Assembly (NCBI RefSeq): GCF_001194135.2
Contig: NC_068992.1
Location: forward strand, 27,840,022 to 27,904,021
Reading direction: 5' to 3'
Origin: Octopus bimaculoides
Taxonomy: Eukaryota
DNA: 64,000 nt
Position 1 is the stretch's first letter. Each line of letters begins with the position of its first letter. The notes under the pieces are model-generated. The model was not told where the DNA came from. It saw only the letters and a program-made list of their open reading frames with translations, and did not search any database. The translations under genes were made by a program, and so were the position numbers. Below, in pieces: positions 25,420 to 64,000 of this stretch.

Positions 25420-27450
25420 CATTAAGGTGGTGACTGTAAATGTAGGTACAATGAATGGTAGGTCTAGTGAGATTGTAGAGATGCTGGAACGGAGACAAGT
25501 GGATGTGTGCTGTGTTCAAGAGATAAGATGGAAGGGACCTTCAACTAAACTACTTAGTTTGAAGACAGCAGTTCAAACTCTTCTAGTGAGTAATAGCAAT
25601 GGAAAGAGTGGAGTAGGTATGCTATTAACTGAGAGATGAATAGATAAAGTAATAGAGGTAGTCAGGGTGTGTGGTAGGATAATTAAGTTGAGGCTAATTA
25701 TAGACAACACAATAGCAACATTTATCTTCACATATGCCTCACAGGTGGGACTGCTAGAACAGAAGGGCCACTTCTAAGAACTTCTTCTGTGGGCTACCTC
25801 AGTGATGAGTGATAGCAACCTCATTATTATAAATGGTATCTTCAATAGTCATGTTGGTCATCACATTGATGGTTTTCATGATGTATAGGATGTGAGGGAG
25901 GAGTAAAGCTTCTGGAGTTCTGTGATGCAACTGGTGTAACAGTTTGCAATACACTCTTTAAGAAACTGTCCAACCACTTCGTCGCTATCAGGTTTGGAAA
26001 TTAAAAGATCCAATAATCAAGAATAAATTTAGAGAAATTCTAAATGATGCTCATGACTGTAAGGGAGATTTAGCTACCTCTAGCATAGACAATTGGGAAA
26101 TTCTGCTTAGGGCCACAGATCTGGCAAGTGGCTGGAGCAAAGTGCTAGCCAAGCCAAAAGTAACATAGTGGTGGATTAATAAGGTTGATTGGGCAGTCAA
26201 GGCTAAGAGACTGGCTTAGAAAATCTGGAAGGATGGTGGTGGTAGTAGAGAGCATTACTTCATGACTAGTGGAACATCTAGATGTCAGGTGTACTTGGCG
26301 AAAAGGGAGTCAGAAAAGAAAAGATTTTTACATGTCCTGTAATGTGGGAGAGAGAACCAAGATGTTATTGGTGCAAGGCGTTTTTGGAATGATGATGGAA
26401 AACTTACCATCAATATGGAACAAAAGAAACTGATGTAGAAGTACTATTATGAAAGGCTGCTGAATGCAGAGAACATATGGGATAAACAGTGATTAACTTA
26501 TGCTGGTCTGAGGGACCAGCAAGTCAGGTTGACAGCAGGGTGGTAGATGAAGTTACCAAGAATATGAACAGGGGAAAAGCTGCAGCTCTATTGCAAGTAG
26601 TTGCAGAAATAATTAAAATATCTGGGGGAAGTAAGGTACAAGATTAGCACTCAGTCAATCAAGTCACCCAGGAAGGTATTATACCCAACGACTGGCATAA
26701 CAGCATCATCATAAACTGCTACAAAGACAAAGGCGATACCTTACAGAGAAGCAACTATAGAGGAATCAAACTCCAAGACAGAGTTATGAAGGTTATAGGG
26801 GAAGTCAGAGCTCAACTAATATCTGATAATCTTCAGGTAACTGCAGGAAAAATACCTGGTTCAAAATAAACTGCTATTCCTGGCTTTCGTTGATTTGGAG
26901 ACAGCATTTGACAAGGGATCACATTCAGTAATCTGGTAGGCTCTGAGGACATGTGTAGATGAATGGTTTGTGTGGGCAGCTCAAACTAAGTACAAGGATG
27001 CAGCAAGTAAAGTGGGAGTTGACAATGACTTCAGTGATGAATTTAGTATCAATATAAGAGTCCATCAAGGTTCAGCCCTCACTCCTCTCCTTTTCATCAT
27101 AGTCCTACAAGCTACCACAGAAGAGTTTAACAATGTCCATGGAAACTCTTACATGTTGATGATCTAGTTCTTATAGCTGAATCCAAAGGGGAATTAGAGA
27201 ATTAATTCCAGGCATGGAAGCTAAATCTGGAATTGAGAGGCCTCAAAGTAAACTTAAAGACACAGGTTTTAATAAATAGTGAAGATGACTAGATGGCCTT
27301 TTTCAATATGCAGAAAAGGAGTAGGTAGAAACTCTTTACACTGTACTTGATGTAAGCTGTGGACACACAAGAAATGTAGTGGAATCACTGGCAGACTATC
27401 CATAAATATGAGCTGCACTGGAGCAGTCTGTATGAGCATATGCTTACACA
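25420..27450 (+). mobile_element. Degraded RTE-clade LINE with APE endonuclease and RT, internally deleted
   Basis: VTVNVGTMNGRSSEIVEMLERRQVDVCCVQEIRWKG (APE start), NYRGIKL, FVDLETAFD, VHQGSALTPLLFIIVL, VDDLVLIAE, CKLWTHKKCSGI; many stops. Confidence 0.92.
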
Positions 27451-28661
27451 TTGTACAGCGATTCCTCACTCCCATGCATTAAGCCTGTCACCCCTAGCTC
27501 CTATGGGTTACCAACCATGTCACCTTCTCTCTTATCCTCCACCACTGACAACTGTATCATCATTACTACTTCTGCTGCTTGCCTTATCAGCTTCTTGCTC
27601 ATCTGCCCTTCAACCCTCCTCCCTCTGGTAATCTGCCTTCCCATCTTCTCCAACCCATACAATCTTGCAAAAGCAATTCAACTCACTTTGTGCCTTGTGG
27701 GGTCACCTGGGCACCTCATCACCATTTTTTCTCTCTTGCAGGTCCTACCACTCATTTTTTCTTTCTCTCATCATCTTTTCCCCTGCTAACTCTAAGTACC
27801 TATACAGAGCCCTATGCAGGAACCTGCTCTGCTCCACCTCTCACAGTAATTCCCTCATCTTCTAGCATAAAGTCGACCCCTCCCCCACGCTCATAGTCCT
27901 GCAAATTGCATGGCAACCTCAACAGCACAGGTGGCAAGAGAGAAANNNNNNNNNNAAAAAAAAAAAAAAAAAGCACCCAATACACTCTGTAAAGTGGTTG
28001 GCATTAGAAATGGCATCCAGCCATAGAAACTTTATCAAAATAGACATTGGAACATGATGCAACACATCAGATCCTATCAAACTGAGATAATCCATGCCAG
28101 CATGGAACATTGGCATTAAATGATGACATGGGAAGGGTGCTTCTATAAGTAAAGCAGCATTTATATATTAAAGTGCTACTTCCGGTCACCCTCCTATGTC
28201 CGTGCATAGGAGATTGCTCCCCTTCTCAGATACAAACTTGTATGCACAATTTACAAACACTTGTGTTATGATTCAATGGCAATGTAATAGAATACTATGT
28301 GTTATTAGTTGATAATTAAAGGAATTGATCAGAGATATATGTACAGTGTCTCTCAAAAAAAAAATCAATATATCAGACATTTTTATCTCTTTACTCTAGA
28401 TAGTGAATGATAAGTTACAATGATCAAACTGTTAAATGTATCAATTACCTAGGGAGCCTATAGGTGATCGTTTGAATTGCTAGAAACAGCAGCCAAGTCA
28501 CACTGCACATTTTTTTTTTGTTAAAGAAAGGGAAGGATACATTAGATAAAATAGTCCAGGGTACACTATGCCTAGAAACATCAATAGCAACAACCACTGA
28601 TTATCTTTTGATAGCATGTTTCCCATCCTGTTATTGCCAATGGAAGAGAGCCACTACAATC

Positions 28662-29035
28662 ATTGTTGTTGGCATTCCGTCGCTTATGACGTCGAGGGTT
28701 CCAGTTGACCCGATCAACAGAACAGCCTGCTCGTGAAATTAATGTGCAAGTGGCCGAGTACTCCACAGACACGTGTACCCTTAAAGTAGTCCTCGGATAT
28801 TCAGCATGACAAGGCTGACCCTTTGAATTACAGGCACAACAGAAACAGGAAGTAAGAGTGAGAGAAAGTTGTGGTGGAAGAGTACAGCAGGGTTTGCCAC
28901 CATCCACCGCCGGAGCCTCGTGGAGCCTAAGGTGTTTTCGCTCAATAAACACTCACAACACCCGGTCTGGGAATCGAAACTGCAATCCTATGACCGCGAG
29001 TCTGCTGCCCTAACCACTGGGCCATTGCACCTCCA
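28662..29035 (-). mobile_element. Second full copy of the same tRNA-derived SINE
   Basis: Colinear with 17299-17674; many differences are CpG transitions. Confidence 0.88.
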
Positions 29036-29918
29036 CTACTACAATCAATCTGGTAAAAAGAAAAAAAAATCTCCTTCAAATCCCACACAACCATCTCGGA
29101 AAAACAATAGAATGTATGAGATAATGTCTTCTTTGCTTGGGAAAAAAATGGGATGGTCATCACCAGACTGTTTTTTGATCATAAATCTGTTTGATCAGAG
29201 ACGACACAAGGCTAAACAACAGCCAGCTAAGAAGTTGGCAATTTAAACTATTTCCCTGGTACATTGCTAGGTCTAGGGACAAAGGTTAACCTTTGACACG
29301 GTTCAGTCCACCTTAATGAGAGTAGGTGTAAAAGAGCTGGAACAACATGTATAACAAAGCTATTCATTAACATTACAAATTAAGGTTGTTATCCAGTTTT
29401 CAAAAAAATGTAATCTAAACAATCTCTATGTTTGAACCTCCCAGTTTCTTTCAGCCAACGATTTATTTTATATTTAATAAAATTGGTGCAAGTACATCTG
29501 TGGTTAAGAAGTTATGTTCCCAACCAAATGATTTGTTTTAGCCCCATTCCGTAGTAACCGATGCGCGTGCCTGCGTGTTTATATCTGCACTTGTACAAAA
29601 TTCACAGTATTCAAGGGGATGTTGTCACTTCCATCAATAAATAGTCTGCATATTTCATATCTTAAAACTGTGTAAAACAAAAAAAAATCCCTTGGAAAAA
29701 AAAAAAATTAAAATTAAGGTAAATGGTCAGTATCGGAAAAGACATCCAGCTGTAAAACAATACCTCAATAACATTCATGTAACCCATGCTAGCAGAGAAA
29801 AGCAGATGTAAAAACAGACGAAAATATTTTCCTTTAGATTTTGTGAATTCAATTCACAAAACACAAAAACTAAAAAAACAAAAATAAAAAGTAAAGTACA
29901 ACACATTTTTATACAGCT

Positions 29919-29924
29919 TTTATT
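29919..29924 (-). terminator. Candidate ALDH7A1 polyadenylation signal AATAAA
   Basis: AATAAA ~350 nt after the stop, followed on the minus strand by a U/GU-rich tract (tgtgttgtactttactttttattttgttttttt). Confidence 0.5.
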
Positions 29925-30271
29925 CAGCATATTTGTCTTTTACAAAAATATTTTGTGAAATTTGATAAGCTATTACTGCTCTAGCTCAAATTCCTTCATC
30001 AATTCACTAAATTTTCTTCAAAAGGGAATAAGGATCGTGTGTGTGTGTGTGCATGAGTGAATGTATGTAATTGAAAGTGGAGAGAGGGAATACTGATTGA
30101 CATGATTTCATCTATCAGAGTAACCAAAGAGACTTTGATACAGGTCAATAATCTAGTCTAAAATACCAGATCAATAATCTCAAGCTTAAACAAATGAATG
30201 CAAAATGCACCATGGAATCATTTTGAAATGTTGGTAGAATCTGTTTCTAAAGAAGCAGGCCTGTCAACATT

Positions 30272-60637
<30,366 letters not shown>

Positions 60638-60699
60638 CTGGGGAAGGCGATGTAACAACTTGCTGCCAACCTTCGTTTTTATGTCTTCTCCGACAGAGG

Positions 60700-60750
60700 T
60701 CGGTTAATATATACACAGAGAACAATTACAATATCATTCATTGGTCGACT
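60700..60750 (-). promoter_or_regulatory. Possible ALDH7A1 core promoter (TATATATTAA-like element at ~60705-60714, CCAAT at 60740-60744)
   Basis: Motif matches only, in a CpG-retaining stretch 70-105 nt upstream of the ATG. Confidence 0.25.
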
Positions 60751-62929
60751 GATCTAAACTAAATACACTTCCCAAAACTGGGATAAGCTCATTTCTGAAT
60801 CAGTACAAATATATATTTTATAATTTATTGCATTCAAATTTGTAATTTATTATTAATTAAAATCAAATTAATTAATTGATGAAAGAGATGACCAACAAGG
60901 GAGACTATTCTAGATACACTACCTTCCAAATGTATTTGGTGGCAATGAAACGGGCACCTTTAACTATCCAATATTTTCTTAATTATTCTGTGATGATAAA
61001 GTGACAAAAGTAATAGAGGACTAAATGCTGTACGGTGCTTTCAATATCTAATTTCGTTCAAAGTTAAAAGTATTTCACTACATTCAATTAATTTATTTGC
61101 AATGGGAATTTGTTTTTAGTCTGAGACTAAGGAAGGAAAAAAAAAAGTGGTGATGCCAGTTAGGTTTAAAGCAAAAATATTTTCCTCATCTAGTTGCTTA
61201 CATCCAGTCCAAGCGACTCAATACCCTTGTTCACTGTCTTCCTTATGAAACTAAAGTCAGAGACCAGAAACATTCGGTCAAACTAAAGCGTTTGACCCGA
61301 GCTCAAAAATTTTTAAAAATTAGTCTAATACGGATTATGTAGATTCTGAGAACATAAGAATTTGGAAGAAAACAATTGGGGGTTACTTTTGAGGACCCTT
61401 TCTCACTCGGGGGTGTTTCGGAACAAGTCGTCCATATTTGTTTCATTTTCTCCATTTTGTGCACCTGTAGATTTCTAGTTCTCCCCCCCCCTGTCTCTCT
61501 CTCTCCCTCCCCCTCTCTCTCTCACGCACACACACATACATATATGTAATTAAAAAAGTTCAAACGGGGAATTATTCTATTCAATGTCTTTCTGTTAGAA
61601 ACGTTTAGACCTTTAGCTGGTATATATATACTGATGAATATTCTTTTTTTAAATTTGATTCATTTTTTTAAGAAAATACAGTTCATACTTTTTTAATCCT
61701 ATTCCATCTCAATCACAGATTTTAAAATTAATTCTTTTTAACTAAACACTTTGAAACTTCGAATACTGGTAGAATTTCTCACGTAGAACACGGTTTACTC
61801 TGTACGTTTTTGACAAAACTTCATATTTTAGAAGTTATTTCGTGTTAAAGTTATATTTGGGTAATTTTAACCAATCAATTATATTTAGCTGAAGAAATGT
61901 GCTGCTGTTTGCGGAAGAGCAACAACTTCCGGGTTATCTCTACTAAATGCATTTGGATATTTTTATTTACCGCCTGTTATTATTTTCACCACTCTGTTCT
62001 ATGTTATTTTTGTTTACTTGCTTGCGTTAATTTCGTGATTTATTTTTACCAATTTTTGTTTACTTACCTGTGTTAATTTCGGGATTCATTTTTCACCGAG
62101 ATTGACAATATCCTGTATTTCGTTATGGGTTAGGTTAGGGTTAGAGCTATGGTTTAGAATTAGGGTTAGATAGCATGCTAAAGTATAAATGGCCACGTAT
62201 ACTGTATGCTAAAGTGGCACTAAAGATTAATTGAAACAGATTACCTATCAGAAATGAAGTCATGAAAGGGTTAGCAGTGTTAACACACTTTACTTTATAT
62301 TTCTATGTTTCTGAGGGCAATAAAAATAAAATACGGTCAATGTTGACGTTATTACCCGCCCAGTTACGAGAACGTAAACAGACCAACACTGGTTATCAAG
62401 TAATAGTGGAAAGGAAACACACAATGATGGGCTTCCGCACAGTTTCCATCCATCGAATTCACACACAAGATGCCGCGTAGTGTGACTGAACCCGAAATCT
62501 CATGGTTACAAAGCGAATTTATTAGCCACATGAGCATTCGGATAGCCTCCGCATAATATAAACATTTTAACTCTATCTTGCCATGGGACTATTTTTAGGC
62601 GTTATCTATTCAAATACATGGAGCATTCAGATAAGAAAAACAAAACATATTCATGAAGAGTGAAGAGGAGAGAGAGAGAGAAAAAGAGGGAGGATTGTGT
62701 GTGTGTGTGTGTGTATTTATGAAAGTAGAGACGGAATAAAAGCTTTTGTAGTTAAAGGGAAATAACTATATTTTCCAACTTCGACAGTAAATCCATAATT
62801 ATCTACCTTTCACTATAGTGAAATAGTAGAGAAGCGAGATACAGAAATAGGATTAATCATATACTAGCTGGCCACGCGCCGTCAAAAATGACGGCTAATT
62901 GTAGTATATTATATATAAATAAGATACAT

Positions 62930-63130
62930 AATAATCATACATACAAACATTCACGTACTGCCCTTGTACACGCACGCACATACGTATACTCAGAGTTGAA
63001 ACGCTGTCTGACTTTTCTTTTCAGCGTTGAATGTTCACCATCCCACTTCCAGTGCGCACACACATACAAACATTCAAATAACTCCCTTTTACATACACAC
63101 ATATATACTCACGCAGAGTTGAAACGCTGT
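62930..63130 (+). repeat. Diverged ~120-bp tandem duplication
   Basis: catacaaacattca...cagagttgaaacgctgt.tga.. occurs twice (~62938 and ~63062). Confidence 0.7.
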
Positions 63131-63429
63131 TTGATATTTTTCTCACCATAGAACTTCCATCATCTCGCTACCGAGTTTGCCGTCACCTCTTCCTTCCTTA
63201 TTCATCTATCAACCCTCCCTTTCTCATTCATATGTTGTGATAGAGAAAAACACAAGAGTATTATTATAGTAGATAAGTAGGATTATTATTGATCAGATCA
63301 GTTTCTTTGCGGCAGAAATTATTATCACTGCTATTAATTTCATGTTTGAGTTACGCTAATCATGGACATTGAAGTTGGTTTGAGCGTGTTTCTATAAATT
63401 TCTTTGCCGGTAGGCACAAGAGTGGCTAT

Positions 63430-63580
63430 AAGCCCAAGTATGGTTGTATGGTCAGAAGTTTGCTTCTGGGTTCAATCCCACTGCGTGACACCTTGGTCAA
63501 GTGTCTTTTACTATAGCCCCAAGACGGCCCAAACCTTGTGAGTGGATTTGGTCGACGGAAACTGAAATAAGCCCGTCTTA
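63430..63580 (+). mobile_element. Abundant Octopus-type tRNA SINE (ccttgtgagtggatttggtagacggaaactgaaagaagccc family); other copies at ~13775-13935, 21660-22450, 32380-32530, 36780-37050, 39230-40190, 41150-41460, 44440-44590, 46780-46935, 54960-55350, 62400-62530
   Basis: Recurrent ttcaatcccactgcgtggcaccttgggcaagtgtcttctactatagcc...aaagccttgtgagtggatttgg core in both orientations. Confidence 0.8.
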
Positions 63581-64000
63581 TGGGGGAAGGGTGGAATTCG
63601 CGCGATTTTGTCAGTACTTCAGCTCTGCCAAACGACGAACGACGAACATCTGTATAACAAGAATCACGGCCCGGCATCGATGCCACGACATCACAACTAG
63701 TGATCAGCTCTGCCACACTCAGCCTCCTCACTTTCACATACAGAACTTTTCCTATAGTGTACTAAAGAACTGGTATAATTGCTCACGTGTTATTGACTCT
63801 CTTTCCATCTGCTGTAATAATACACATACATGTATCACTCACATACACACTTTTCTTTGTATGACGGCCTGTCTTTGATTATGTTCTTATATGTTGCATT
63901 CACACTCTCACACAGACATACATCTTTAACGCTACAATAAATATCTCTGTTATTCATCTAATACGGTTGTGGTCTTTCATTACTGGTCACATATGTTATC

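Noticed and set aside
60638-60660. Acceptor-like ccttccccag immediately before the ALDH7A1 ATG, suggesting an upstream non-coding exon
   Set aside because: No convincing upstream donor was found, and promoter-like motifs lie directly upstream; it cannot be supported without transcript data.
62125-62172. Degenerate TTAGGG-like repeats
   Set aside because: Short, imperfect and embedded in a repeat remnant; not a telomere or a true interstitial telomeric array.

Overview
Eukaryotic, AT-rich, repeat-dense genomic scaffold with ten N-gaps. The SINE, LINE and microsatellite landscape is typical of Octopus; the species assignment is an inference. The right half holds a complete 19-exon minus-strand ALDH7A1 (antiquitin) gene, CDS 30272..60637. 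I traced all exons by hand: every intron is GT-AG, the frame is continuous, and the product is 550 aa with catalytic Glu and Cys intact. It has a predicted mitochondrial presequence followed by a second in-frame AUG, and one intron that human ALDH7A1 lacks. The left end holds a probable second, unidentified minus-strand gene: a 123-codon first coding exon plus three small phase-compatible exons. The rest is decayed RTE and R4/Dong-type LINEs, mariner and piggyBac-like MITEs, tRNA-derived SINEs (some with a Nin/Deu-like domain) and microsatellites. The most notable unexplained structures are a ~1 kb, ~94% identical fold-back duplication in ALDH7A1 intron 8, an RTE 3' end encoding three tandem C2H2-like fingers, and the unknown gene. 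There are no prokaryotic-type systems (CRISPR, operons) and no convincing new biochemical system.
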